A stretch of DNA of 64,000 bases from an uncultured Nitrososphaeraceae archaeon (GCA_963729045.1 CAVSMN010000010.1:106559-170558); one strand, 5' to 3'. Shown: positions 44,265-56,100, numbered from the stretch's first letter. Made by a program: numbers and translations. The notes: a model not told the origin generated them from the sequence alone.

Positions 44265-45818
44265 TTAGGTTTGGAAATTGCACTGAGCTCTCGTATCTAC
44301 ACTTCCTCGATTTATTAAATCATTTATTGTTTTTCTTGAGAAATCAAAGGCCTTCCCATTAATGTCATCGCTACTCTCTAGAGATTGACCCTCTCCATAT
44401 CCTATTCTTTGTAGTTTGTTTATTGTTACTCTTCCCTCAATTAGTTTTCTTATTTCTCTTGGATTGCCACTTCTACTCATGCTAACTAACTTGTTTGCTA
44501 ATGGTTTTTCCAACTCTCTATAGATAGAGTCGTTTGATGAATAATTGCGGTCTGACCTAATCATGTCCATTAAAGAATTTATTATGTTAATATAATCAGA
44601 TACCATTGATGTTACCTTTTCATCATGCTTTGATTTATCATGAAATAACACATTCTGGACCCGGTTATTGATAGAATCCGGGTCCTCAGGGACTCCCTGT
44701 TCTTTGGTGGGGTACAAAATACCTATATACACCTCTAAGGATGGAACATTATCTAAGCCTTTAACCTTATACCAATAGTCCCTGTGTGATTGAATAACTT
44801 CTCTTAAAGGCGTATTACTAAGGTAATAACCATCCATAAATATTCTATTATACTGTTTTCCTTCCGGAATTTTATCATCAATGACTTCACCTGTAATAGC
44901 TGGCAGTTCTGGGAATTTGTATCTTAGATGAGAAGACATGGTGGTTAGGAGATGCTCCATCTTTATTCCATCCGGATATTTTATTACATGCTTTGATTTA
45001 CTATCCTCATCGCCATATACGGACATTCTTTGGTTGTACTTCTTTGGATAGCTATCAAATGTTATGGTTGTTGCATCTTGTACATCTACGCCTACCAATA
45101 ACAATCTTGGTTCCCCTTCATCGGTCTTTATTGGATTTTTTGAATCATCCCAAAACTTTCGAATTGTTTCTACAATAGGTGAATTATCAAACCGTAGTAT
45201 GTAATTAAAAGGATTTAGAAATCTAAAATCCGGTTGGTATATCGGAGGAGACAGAACCTTATGAGTTCCCCAAGGAAGATAAGCAAATTGATACCATGAC
45301 CAATATCTTCTGAATGCCTCACCTGAGGCTAATCTACCCAATTTATCTGGCCACAAATAATAGTAAGACAACAATGGTGATTGTTCCCTCATAGTGCCAA
45401 ATATGTTATCAAAGGGCTTTAGGGTATTAACCCAAAAGTTGTTGACTCCTTCTCTTAGCTTGGATGAGGCGTATAGCCAGCCTTGCAGAAATGGATTTTC
45501 ATATTGAGGTGTGTCTATTGATACCTCTTGCCAAAATCGATAAAGGGTCTCGTCTGACCCCTTCCAAGGATTTTCCTCTTCCTTATTTTGTAGAACGTGA
45601 TTGACTATCAGGGTTGCGTTTATTGCACCTGCGGAGGTACCAGCAACGATATCAAATAAGGGTCTTTTTTCATTTATTTCCCACTTAAGACCTTCATACA
45701 GTGACTTATAAATTCCGGCCTCGTAGGCTCCCAATGCCCCTCCTCCTTGGAATACAAGAGCTCTTTGTTGTAGCGGTCCGGAATTGCTATGTTTACTGTC
45801 TGTTGGAAAATTTGACAT
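44265..45818 (-). CDS. patatin-like phospholipase
   Basis: QGGGALGAYEAG, GTSAG, MDGYYLSNTP, FDFS. Confidence 0.92.
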   Translation of the reverse strand: MSNFPTDSKHSNSGPLQQRALVFQGGGALGAYEAGIYKSLYEGLKWEINEKRPLFDIVAGTSAGAINATLIVNHVLQNKEEENPWKGSDETLYRFWQEVSIDTPQYENPFLQGWLYASSKLREGVNNFWVNTLKPFDNIFGTMREQSPLLSYYYLWPDKLGRLASGEAFRRYWSWYQFAYLPWGTHKVLSPPIYQPDFRFLNPFNYILRFDNSPIVETIRKFWDDSKNPIKTDEGEPRLLLVGVDVQDATTITFDSYPKKYNQRMSVYGDEDSKSKHVIKYPDGIKMEHLLTTMSSHLRYKFPELPAITGEVIDDKIPEGKQYNRIFMDGYYLSNTPLREVIQSHRDYWYKVKGLDNVPSLEVYIGILYPTKEQGVPEDPDSINNRVQNVLFHDKSKHDEKVTSMVSDYINIINSLMDMIRSDRNYSSNDSIYRELEKPLANKLVSMSRSGNPREIRKLIEGRVTINKLQRIGYGEGQSLESSDDINGKAFDFSRKTINDLINRGSVDTRAQCNFQT

Positions 45819-45903
45819 ACCCTACAAAGAAGGATCCTAAAAATAAAGGTTTTGGTAATAAATTACAATGATCTTCACTTAAATAAAAATCCACCATGAG
45901 GTG

Positions 45904-46390
45904 TTATATCAAATACTTTTTTGATAACCGGTGCCTATTCCTACTTAATGTATTTGGTTGCAATTGATTGTTATTTTGAAGTTTCAGATCTTGTGAAGAT
46001 TCGGTGCTTGTCCCCTGAGAGTCAGTCGTTGTTGTTTGAGTAGGGACGGGACATCCCTCTGGTATATCATCAGATTGATCCTCCAGAACAGGACATAATC
46101 CGGGACAACCATTTTCATCAATAAAACTAGTCCCTTCAATTCGTTTCATTTGAACAAGCATTGTTTTGCTCGGATTGGGTATCAGATGATTGATCATTAT
46201 TATCAGTCAACTCTTCGTCAGTATTACTATCTTGTGATTGATCCTCCTTGGATATATCATCACTGTTGTTTGAAGTGGTTGCAAAAACCGATGAAAAAGT
46301 CATGAATTGAGAAGGGATTACTAAAGTTGGTTTAAGAAAAATAAGAGTCGTACAGATAAGAACAGAAAAATGCTGGGTTTTAAGACACAA
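45904..46390 (-). pseudogene. secreted acidic protein with C...GCP..CP motif, frameshifted near 46140
   Basis: Two overlapping ORFs join to give NNACSNET(F)EGTSFIDENGCPGLCP; partial duplicate at 59290-59478. Confidence 0.65.
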
Positions 46391-46821
46391 GAATTACCAA
46401 AAGATTTTCTCAAAGGTGAATTTTTCAACGTATGTGCAATACAGATGATATTATTAAAGATATTGCAATAGTTGTATCAAATTCTTCAATCTTACAATTA
46501 TTTTGTAAGTCATTGTAAAATTAAGCAATAAATGATAAACAATATCGATATATTATTAGCCTCTCCAAAGCATTGATCTTAGACGATAGGTTTCTCATAC
46601 TACTTAAACTTCTATAGGAGCGATATATAAGAAAAACCTCCCTTGAAATTTTATGATTAGTTAATTGTAGTTTTCAATTTTGGTATTCATGTAGAACTGT
46701 GCTTGTTAAATGGATCAGCCTGTTCCTATAACTCAACTCCACAAAACGGACAATGATTATATCATAATTATAAAGTTTGGATCCTTTCTCAATTCTATGG
46801 ATCCATCATGCTCTACCATCT

Positions 46822-48416
46822 CTATCCAGCCTTATTTAATGGCAAAGTAAAGGTAAATGTTGCTCCTGTATCATCCTTGTTATTTTCTGCCCATAAGTCT
46901 CCATCGTGTGCCACAACAATCTTTTTTGAGATATACAATCCCAAACCCATACCTTGATACGAGTTAGTGGTAAACGTGGTAAATAATTTCTGAAAAATCT
47001 CTTTATCAATCCCGACACCTGCATCCTTTACTTTCAAAATAACCATTTCCTTACTGCTTGCATTATGCATATTGATTACCTTACTTTCAGCTTTTATTGA
47101 TATTGAAACCAAGTCGGAGGAAAACTTTATTGAATTACTAATCAAATTAGAAATAACTTGGCTTATCCTACTTTTATCTCCAAAAACGACCAAAGTATCA
47201 GGGATTTCATATGTGATTTTTATATTTTTATTATCAGTACAATTTTGATAATCTCTTATCATATCTGGTATTATTTCCTTAAATGTAAAATTTTCTTTAA
47301 TGAGCGTAAGAGAATTACTTTCAATTTTTGCTACGTCTAAGATATCTTCGGATAGTTTCTTTAATCTTTTTGCATTTCTGTTTAAGATATCGAGAAATTC
47401 CCTAAGTTCATGATCTTTTATTCTACTTTTAACGAAGTCCGATACATTAATTATTGGCTGTATTGGTGTTCTTAATTCATGGGCGGCTACATTAATGAAT
47501 TCCTTTTGCATCCTGTCATTGACTTGTAATTGTTCATACAACTCTATTTGTTTCCAAATAACGTCGAATATTGCAGCATATGTTAATACAGTGGGTAAAC
47601 TATTAGAATAAGTTGCAAACCCTATTGCTTCTGCAACTGTATGCTTGGCATCATCCCTTAGCTCTGCAACTATCGAATACCTTCTATCAACCACCAAAAT
47701 TGATACTTGAGATATTGGATCCATAAATCTAAAATGAATATTTAGATTGTTGGCTAGACCTTTACATGTTGCTTCTATTTCATTATCCTTAGGTATCAGC
47801 ACTTTCATTTTTACATTGGGGTTAGAATCTGTTATTTCTTTAAGAATTCGTATAGATCCATTGTGCTCTAGTCTGTGAAAAGCATTAGCGGTAGAGAAGA
47901 TAATTAAAATCTCCTCTTTTGTAGACCTCAAAAGATCAACGAGTTTGTTTTGTAAGACCACAGGGTCATTTATAGATTCAATGACTTCAGGAATTATACC
48001 CTCCTCGATTTCCTTTATTTTTTTCTCACCTGGAACTGCGTGTTCTCCATAAGGTATCAAAGATATATTGACCCTGTTCAATCACTTCTTTTACATTGCT
48101 ATAGATAACTTGGGTAAGAGGAGTACTTTTCTTGAAGAACTGTGGTAGCCATATATTCTGACTCGCTGACGGCAACACCACCTCTAACGCCATCTAGATG
48201 CCGCAGTTCATCAACAAGATTTATCAGATCTTTACAGTTACCGACATTTTCTTTTGTAATCTCTGTAAATGCCCTTATCTTCCCTCCCCTGTTACGAATA
48301 TTTAGATATCCATCTCTATATTCTTTAATCTCTACTACAATTGATGGAGCATTTTTGTCAAAATATATATCCATCTTTTCTTTGACGTTTTCCATAAAAT
48401 ATATTCCCCTCCCCAC
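46822..48416 (-). CDS. sensor histidine kinase, split by a frameshift near 48090
   Basis: AAHELRTP H-box, NLISNSIKF, DAGVG, GMGLGL; upstream ORF 48099-48416 carries LRHLDGVRG N-terminal domain. Confidence 0.85.
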
Positions 48417-48660
48417 CGCTTTCTCGACGCCATAAAGAATCTCTGAGCTTTTATCCTTGGTTTGAGGGAAGGAAGGAATACCCGTAATGTTTCATCTAAA
48501 TATCATGTTTAAAATATAAAAATATGCCGCTGCAAACACTTTAGTACGAAACTGTCATAGTTCATTAATTCTCCTTTTTTCAAGTAACTTTTAATTAAAG
48601 AAGTTGCTTTGAGACATTTAGGCATAAATTTTTAATAAAATGGGCTTTTAATACAATATA

Positions 48661-49642
48661 GTGGATGATTTAACATTTAGACAATTGATGGAATCAAAAT
48701 ATTATCATCCAGAGGTTACAGATGTCATTTTTGATTCCGATAAAATGTTAGAAATGGGCATAGTTGCTATTAATAGTACTGAAAGAGGATTTGTTATAGT
48801 ATGGGATAAAATAATGCTTGATTCCTTGTGGAAGTTTTATAAAGTTGGTATACTCCTTGCTGAAAAACATGCCAAAGAAAGGGGTATCAAATTTAGACTA
48901 ATTGTTGAAATTACGAAAGAAAACATGGAGTCTGTTAAATCATTCAAGTATTATGAAATAAAACATATTGATAATATAAGAAGTAACTTTGCTGTATTGG
49001 ATAACAGGGCCTATATGGTGCAAATATTTCATAAGGAAAATGAGCCTCCTGCTCAGGCGTTATTTAGTAATACTAAAGCCCTAGTAGATAGTCAACAAGC
49101 ACTATTTAACAGATTATGGGAAATTGCAACTCCAATAGCAAACAGATTAAAAGAGATAGAATATCGTGATAAATTAAACTACCAGAGGATTTTAACAAAT
49201 CATAAAGAAATTCATAATGAAATAGATTCTTTAACATAACAATGTGAAAAAGAATTACTAATATTTTCGTCATTCAAATTAATTTATACTGTACTTAACA
49301 AGAATAACTTTGTAAATAATTTTAACTCATTGCTAAGAAAAGGTATTACAATTAAGATTCTCACCGACGATATTGATGAACATTTAATGAGTCATATTGC
49401 TCAAATAAAGGACAACAAATAAAGATAATCCGATGCAGTTTGGGTATAGCAACAAGTTGGGAGAATTTAATGAATTTATAATGTTAAGCGATAATAAGTA
49501 TGTCTTGCAAATAAAATATGACCAACAAAATGAAATAGTTGCCTCATTTTCAAATGAAGAGCATAATGTAATGATTCAAGAGATTCTATTTGAAAAATAT
49601 TGGAATGAAGTCAAGAGTCTTACAGTCATTAGCAATAATTAG
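48661..49642 (+). pseudogene. disrupted paralog of 50507-51487 (kinase N-terminal / TrmB-PLD-like sensor domains)
   Basis: MDDLTFRQL start, internal TAA at 49237, C-terminus QEILFEKYWNEVKSL in ORF 49433-49642. Confidence 0.75.
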
Positions 49643-49721
49643 ATAGTTTTAGATTCAATAATTGAAGGTCATTAAAACAAGGATTGATAAAATGTTGAAC
49701 GCAATGATGCGCTAATAGTAT

Positions 49722-49768
49722 TGATCTTTGCGCGGGATCAAGGACGAACCGCATTATTTGAACCCACT
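49722..49768 (+). repeat. family-2 ~47-bp repeat, copy 4
   Basis: tgatctttgcgcgggatcaaggacgaaccgcattatttgaacccact. Confidence 0.8.
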
Positions 49769-49930
49769 AACAATTATTAAATGACAATCTCGATGCTCTC
49801 AACATTAACCCTCTAATGTAATAGTAAGGTCATTGGACTAGATAAGATGTGGATTTGCACAGAAACCTTTGAAAGACAATATAAAAATGATTTAAGGTAA
49901 ATTAAATTCATATTAGATTTTGATGGTGTT

Positions 49931-50197
49931 CTAATTTAATAATCCACCTAATAAGCCGGTTGCTTTTTCTGTTAGAGATGAGTCAGACGAGGTAGAATCA
50001 TTTGTTGTTGATACTGAACTATTATTCGTTCTTTGACTATTATCATTTCCTGTCAGTAACTTTGTTGCCTCATCTTTAAGAGTGGACAAATCCTGCGCTA
50101 ATGCCGTCTGGCCTAATGAATTACTTACTAGCGATGCTGTCAATACAAATGACAGAACAAAACTCGCGATTACTAAAATTTTCTTCATCTTTTTCAA
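49931..50197 (-). CDS. small secreted protein
   Basis: MKKMKKILVIASF...ALA signal peptide. Confidence 0.7.
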   Translation of the reverse strand: MKKMKKILVIASFVLSFVLTASLVSNSLGQTALAQDLSTLKDEATKLLTGNDNSQRTNNSSVSTTNDSTSSDSSLTEKATGLLGGLLN

Positions 50198-50364
50198 ATT
50201 GTATGTTCATCATATTATATAACAGATACAACATTGAGTAAGTTATAAACAGTATTTCATCCAGATATCAGAGTGGGAAGTTTTACAATACCAATAATAA
50301 ATTTACCATTTTCAATTAGCGTGAGACCGAATGATTAGAAAACAGAAACCATGTAGACAGATTT

Positions 50365-50433
50365 GTAGATAAGCGGGTTCAAATCTATCTTAAGAAAAGA
50401 AGAATGAGGTGCGAGATGCGGGATTTGAACCCG
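50365..50433 (-). repeat. tRNA-3'-derived ~65-bp element with terminal inverted repeats
   Basis: gtagataagcgggttcaaatct...gaggtgcgagatgcgggatttgaacccg. Confidence 0.95.
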
Positions 50434-50506
50434 AGTTAAGAGTTGTCAAGGATAAGAGACATGTCTAGGACAACTTTTTAATAAAATGGAGTTTTGATAC
50501 AATACA

Positions 50507-51487
50507 GTGGATGATATAACATTTCGACAATTGAAAGAATCTGGCTATCATCATCCCGAGGTTACAGAAGTAATTTTTGATGCCAACCAAATGTTTGAAA
50601 TGTCATTGCACTCGGTCAGTATTAGTGAAAAAGGCTACGATATAGTATGGGACAAGGTTATGATAGATTTTCTGAGAAAATATTTCAAAGAGGGCCTGCA
50701 ACTCCTTGAAGATTTGGCCAATAAAAGAGGATTAAGAAGAAGATTAATTGCAGAGACTACCGCAGATAATATTGAATTTGTAAATTCACTAAGTTATTCT
50801 GAAATAAGACACCTTGATAATCTCAGAGGAAATTTTGGAATATTTGATGAAAGGGCATATATTGTCCAAATTTTTCACAAGGATACAGAAAAACCAAATC
50901 AAGCATTTTGGAGTAATTCCATTACACTTGTAAGAAAACAACAAGCCCTGTTCGACGATTTATGGAAAATGGCTATCCCATTGTCGGCCAGAAATAAAGA
51001 GTTAACGTATCATGTAAATCCAGAATATAGGAAAACTTTTACTGATTATGATCACATATATCAAGAGGTAAAATCAATCCTTGAACAAAGTAGAAGGGAA
51101 TTATTAATATTTGCATCTTTTAAAATTTTGAAGAGAATATTTCACAATAAGGATTGGATCAATACTATCGCTTCACTGCTAGCAAGAAGAGTGAATACTA
51201 GAATATTGACAGATGATATTGATGGAGATTCAGCAAGAAAAATTATGCGGATCCAAAATGAAGATAAGGACAAAAGAATCCATTTTGGATATAATGACAA
51301 ATTAGGAAATTTCAATGAACTGGTTATATTAAGTGATGAGAAGTATGCTTTGCAAATAAAGTATGACCATCAAAATAAACTAATAGCATCATTCACTAAT
51401 GAAGAATCCAGTGTTATGATTCAAGAGATATTATTTGAGAAATGCTGGAACGAAGTAAAGAGTCTCGAAGTTGTGAATAGCAATTAG
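50507..51487 (+). CDS. stand-alone tandem sensor-domain protein (resembles N-terminus of the neighbouring kinase)
   Basis: IRHLDNLRGNFGIFD, QQALFDDLWKMAIP; no H-box. Confidence 0.75.
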   Translation: MDDITFRQLKESGYHHPEVTEVIFDANQMFEMSLHSVSISEKGYDIVWDKVMIDFLRKYFKEGLQLLEDLANKRGLRRRLIAETTADNIEFVNSLSYSEIRHLDNLRGNFGIFDERAYIVQIFHKDTEKPNQAFWSNSITLVRKQQALFDDLWKMAIPLSARNKELTYHVNPEYRKTFTDYDHIYQEVKSILEQSRRELLIFASFKILKRIFHNKDWINTIASLLARRVNTRILTDDIDGDSARKIMRIQNEDKDKRIHFGYNDKLGNFNELVILSDEKYALQIKYDHQNKLIASFTNEESSVMIQEILFEKCWNEVKSLEVVNSN

Positions 51488-51851
51488 ATTAATTACTATG
51501 AGGATAAAAATTTCAACATTATATAAATGAAAAATAAAGTCGACTGGTCCAATAATATTGAATAAATTTAGAGTGGCTTTACAAATTCTTACTAATACTC
51601 AATCTAGTTTTTGCCTTTACTATCAGGAGAACAATCGCCGCTTTCTACGAGCCTTGTGATTTCTCGTTTTTATCGGCATTTTCTTCAGCATCTTTCAAGT
51701 TGTTTATCAATCTTTTGTCTGCCTTGGTGTCATTGCTTGTCCTTTTCCAAAACTTTCCTAATTTTCTAAATAGCACAGAGTCTTTCAACTAATTCTACAT
51801 GTATACTATAGATGAATTTGCTTATAAAGAAAATAACGTCATAAAAACAAG

Positions 51852-51914
51852 TGCGAGATGCAGGATTTGAACCCGCACTTCGCTCGTACCTTAACCAGGC
51901 TGGGCCAACCTCGC
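51852..51914 (-). pseudogene. tRNA pseudogene (Leu-like) lacking anticodon and variable arms
   Basis: GCGAGGT TG GCCC AGCCTGGTTAA GGT acgagcgaagt GCGGG TTCAAAT CCTGC ATCTCGC A: acceptor stem, D-arm and T-arm present; 63 nt. Confidence 0.8.
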
Positions 51915-51937
51915 CTGAAATAAAATTAACAATACGG

Positions 51938-51946
51938 TATTAATAA
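51938..51946 (-). promoter_or_regulatory. candidate archaeal TATA box of the tRNA remnant
   Basis: TTATTAATA about 24-32 nt upstream of the 5' G; AT-rich context lowers specificity. Confidence 0.35.
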
Positions 51947-51961
51947 CTTAATGCTGGGCTG

Positions 51962-52246
51962 TTATTTGCAACTATTCCATATTTTCCCCTTTCTAAAAGC
52001 AATTTTTCTAGCAGAGCTAATGTCACGAATCCCACCTCGGTTTTTTTCCGTACCTTGTCTTATGGAGGTTCCGTATTCGTCTACAATTTCAATAATTACC
52101 TCGTCTTTGAAATACGATTTTAGAATTCCAGCTATTTGATGAGATAGAGCCAAGCTTCCATCACCGATTCTAACTATTTTAGTTGGAGACTCTATTGATG
52201 ACAAAACAAAACTGATTTTTTCAACTGTAGAATTAACCGAAGACAA
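51962..52246 (-). pseudogene. C-terminal fragment of an RNase H/YqgF-like archaeal protein
   Basis: VRIGDG...EIVDEYGTS...RDISSARKIA; no obvious N-terminus. Confidence 0.45.
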
Positions 52247-52737
52247 AATTGTTCTATGCAGGTTTGATTATAAGAGATATAACAACAGAGGAAAAATTAT
52301 CAAGAACCAAAGTAAATACGATCAAATTAAGAATTAAAGAAAACTCTAAACCAATGTAAATTAGATTTTTGAAATACACTTGTATGGTTAGATTCTATTG
52401 ATACCAGGATTAGGCTCGCTTGTCTTTCCGCTCGAGGATTGAATGAAATAATTAAATAGTGAGACTTTGTTCATCCTTGAATTATATCCCTGCGGACCGA
52501 GCAAAGTTAGACTACGGCTAATAGACAGGTCGTGTATTCATTTTTTGAGATACTTGCAATGCAATAAGTTATCGAATATGTTTGACTTACAAAAACAATT
52601 ATTGTATAGATGCTGTACGATTTCAAAGTCTTTCAAATTCTCCACCATCCTAAAGTAATTGTTTCTCTTTGGGAATAATATACAATTTATTATTATATAA
52701 GATTCGTATATAAGAAAATTATCAAATAGATAATACA

Positions 52738-53112
52738 TTGATTTACCCCATCAATTGTTACCTTTCAATGACTAATAACAGTATTAGGAAAAAAATACTT
52801 TATCAAATACCTGTATTATTGATAATACTTGCGATATCCGTTCCAATGGCCACTGCTTCAGGTTTATCCAATGTCTTTTTTTCTTCTCCTAGTATGTCAG
52901 TAAATCAACTTGTATATGCAGAAGATGAGGTTTCCAGTGGTGGAGATCATTTAACTTCATCAACTACTACTGACCCAGTCTTAGGACACAGTCTAATAGG
53001 CTTAACAGTCACTAAAGAAAATGCTAATCCTTCTTTAGTTGAAGAGACTGAAGAACAAGATCTTGATTGTAGATACGTTTCAGAAAAGAATTTCAAAGTA
53101 TCAGAGGAATGA
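52738..53112 (+). CDS. host-type secreted hypothetical protein abutting the GC-rich island
   Basis: Signal-like segment, AT-rich; stop 4 bp before the NRPS ATG. Confidence 0.55.
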   Translation: MIYPINCYLSMTNNSIRKKILYQIPVLLIILAISVPMATASGLSNVFFSSPSMSVNQLVYAEDEVSSGGDHLTSSTTTDPVLGHSLIGLTVTKENANPSLVEETEEQDLDCRYVSEKNFKVSEE

Positions 53113-53116
53113 TGAC

Positions 53117-56100
53117 ATGCCGCAATTTGTTCCAAACCAATTGAATCCCGGCCACGACGGAGGAGAGAAGGTCGCCGAGTTGCGCCCGCTCGCACAAGGG
53201 CAGCCTGATCTGAACGGAGTTTGCGGCCTCAGCCGTCCTCAAAGTATAGTACGCGAGCATGCAAGCAATTCAATTCGCTGGGCTCCTGACGAGCGGCTCA
53301 ATCATCTTCTCGAGGAAGCCTGCGTCCGCTTCGCGACGAACGATGCCGTCATTGGAAGCGGCATCGTTCTGAGTTATCGCGATTTCGACCGCCGTGCCAA
53401 TCAGCTCGCGCGTCATCTGCTCGCACACGGAATCAAGTCCGGCGACCGCGTCGCAATGATGTTTGACAGATCACCAGAAGCATACGTGGCGATGCTTGCG
53501 GTAATGAAAGTCAATGCGGCCTATGTGCCACTCGACGCTGCCTTTCCGATTGAACGCGTCCGCTTCATCCTCGGGGATGCCAACGTTTCCGCCATTCTGT
53601 CAATGTCGAGTTTCGCGGTGCGCCTCTCCGGCGCCCAGGTCAACAAGATATTTCTCGATTCGGAGAGGCAGGCGATCGGTGCACAGGCAGCCAATTCGTT
53701 GACTGGCGTTTCGCCGCCGACCGAGCCCCTCTCCTACATCATTTACACATCGGGCACAACCGGTAATCCGAAGGGTGTTTGTATCGGACACGCAAGTATT
53801 TGCAATTTCGTGCGCGTCGCCGCTGAGCTTTATGGCTATTGCGCCCGGCGATCGCGTCTATCAGGGCATGTCGATAGCGTTCGATTTCTCCGTCGAGGAG
53901 ATCTGGGTGCCGCTGATGTGCGGCGCGACGCTCGTGCCGGGCCCGACTGGCAGGACCCTGATGGGCGACGAGCTCGGAGACTTTCTGCGCAAACGCCGTG
54001 TGACCGTAATGGCTTGTGTTCCGACGCTGCTCTCTACTATAGAGCAGGACGTGCCGGACTTGCGGATCCTGTTGGTCGGCGGCGAGGCTTGCCCGCAAAG
54101 TCTCGTGGCCCAATGGTATCGCCCCGGCCGCCGCATTCTCAACACCTACGGCCCCACCGAGGCGACCGTCACAGCGGCAATGACCGAGCTGCGGCCGGAC
54201 AAGCCGGTCACGATCGGCGTACCGCTCCCGACCTATTCGATCGTCATCCTCGATCCTAACGAGGACAATACCGTTCCGATAGGCGAGATAGGCGAGATCG
54301 GTATCGCGGGCATCGGATTGGCGCTTGGTTACATAAATCGCGATGACCTGACTAAGAAGAAGTTCATCCGCGATTTCCTGCATATCAAGAACAATCCATC
54401 CGGCAAAATCTATCGCACCGGTGATGTTGGTCGAATCATCGAGAACGGCGAGATAGACTACCGCGGTCGGATCGACACGCAGGTCAAGATCCGCGGCTAT
54501 CGCATCGAGCTCAAAGAAATCGAAGCGGTGCTACTCGACCTGCCACAGGTCGCTCAAGCCGCCGTGACGACATTTGAGATTGAGGAGAGCGTCGTCGAAA
54601 TCGTCGCCTATTATGCTCTCAAGCGGGGTGTCGAGCTGCCGCATAGGGAGATCTGGCAGGCACTGCGCAGCAAGCTTCCCGTCTACATGGTGCCGGCCTT
54701 CTTCGAGCAGGTCGACACCATACCGATGACGTTGAGCAACAAGGTCGACTACAAGAGGCTGCCCAAGCCGCAGCCGAAGCGTTTTTCCGCTACGCAGGTG
54801 TATGTCCCGCCCAAAACCGACCGCGAGCGAATGGTGCACGACGCGCTCGCTGGCGTCCTTTGCATCGAGCATGTCTCGACCGAGCACCACTTCTTCAATG
54901 ACCTTGGTGCCAACTCACTGTTGATGGCACGCGTCTGTGCGGCAATCCGCAGGAAACCGGGCATGTCGAACTTGTCGATGCGCGATATCTATATGCATCC
55001 GACGATCGCCAGGCTGGCGCATCATCTCGATTCATCGATCGACGGATCTGTCGCAACGAAGCCGGAACCCTTCCATGTTCCGTCGACCTTGTCGTACGTC
55101 ACGTGCGGGGCCCTGCAGATTGGATTCACCGCGGCCTATCTGTTGTTCGGACTCTTTATCTTCGTGGCCGGCATTCAATGGGCGACCGCCATCGACAGCG
55201 TGGTGGAGATCTACGTGCGCAGCGTCGCGTTCGGCTCAGGATTGTTTGTTGCGCTGATCGCGCTTCCCGTCGCGGCGAAATGGGTGCTGATAGGTCGCTT
55301 CAAGGCGCAATCGATTCCGATCTGGAGCTTTGCGTATTTCCGCTTCTGGGTCGTCAAGACTCTGATGCGCACATCGCCTGTGGCTGCCTTCATTAGCACA
55401 CCACTCTACAACGCCTATCTGCGCCTGATGGGCGCCAGAATCGGCCGCAACGTGATGCTGAGGTGCCAGTTCACGCCGGTCTGTACCGACCTTGTGACGA
55501 TCGGTGACAACACCATCGTCAACAGTGAAACGAGCCTGCTCGGCTATCGTGCGCAGTCTAACTTCATTCATATGGGCCCGGTTACGATCGGCAGCAATGC
55601 GTTCGTCGGCGAAGGGAGCGTGCTCGACATCGATACTACGATGGGCAACAACACTCAGCTCGGTCATGCCTCGTCACTGCAGAGCGGCCAGCGGGTGCCG
55701 GACGACAAGCGCTACCATGGCTCTCCGGCGGTCGAGACGTCCTCGGACTATCGCCAGATCGAGTCCAAGAATGGTGCTGATCTCCGAGGCGCCATCTATG
55801 TGTCGCTTATCCTCGCGACAATGATCATGATTGCCGGGCCTGCCATGATGATCCTCATCTACCACGTCTGGGATCTATTTTGCCCGACTCCTCTAACCAC
55901 TCTGCATTGTACAACGTTCTTCTCCATGTCGACTCCCTTGCTTCTCGCCATTTCGGCGGCGCTGTTCTTCGGCGCGCTTGGCATCGGTCTGGCTGGTGTG
56001 TATGTCATCCCGCGCCTCTGTATGAGGGGGCTGCGGCCCGATGTAACCTACCAGAATTTCGGCTTCCACTACCTGCTGCAGAGCATCATCCGAGGCATCA

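Noticed and set aside
51852..51914. Functional tRNA gene
   Set aside because: Only 63 nt, with no anticodon stem-loop; recorded as a pseudogene.
53039..53116. TTG-initiated N-terminal extension of the NRPS ORF
   Set aside because: Lies in AT-rich host-type sequence overlapping ORF 52738-53112. ATG 53117 has a GAGGA upstream and corresponds to the start of the remnant copy.
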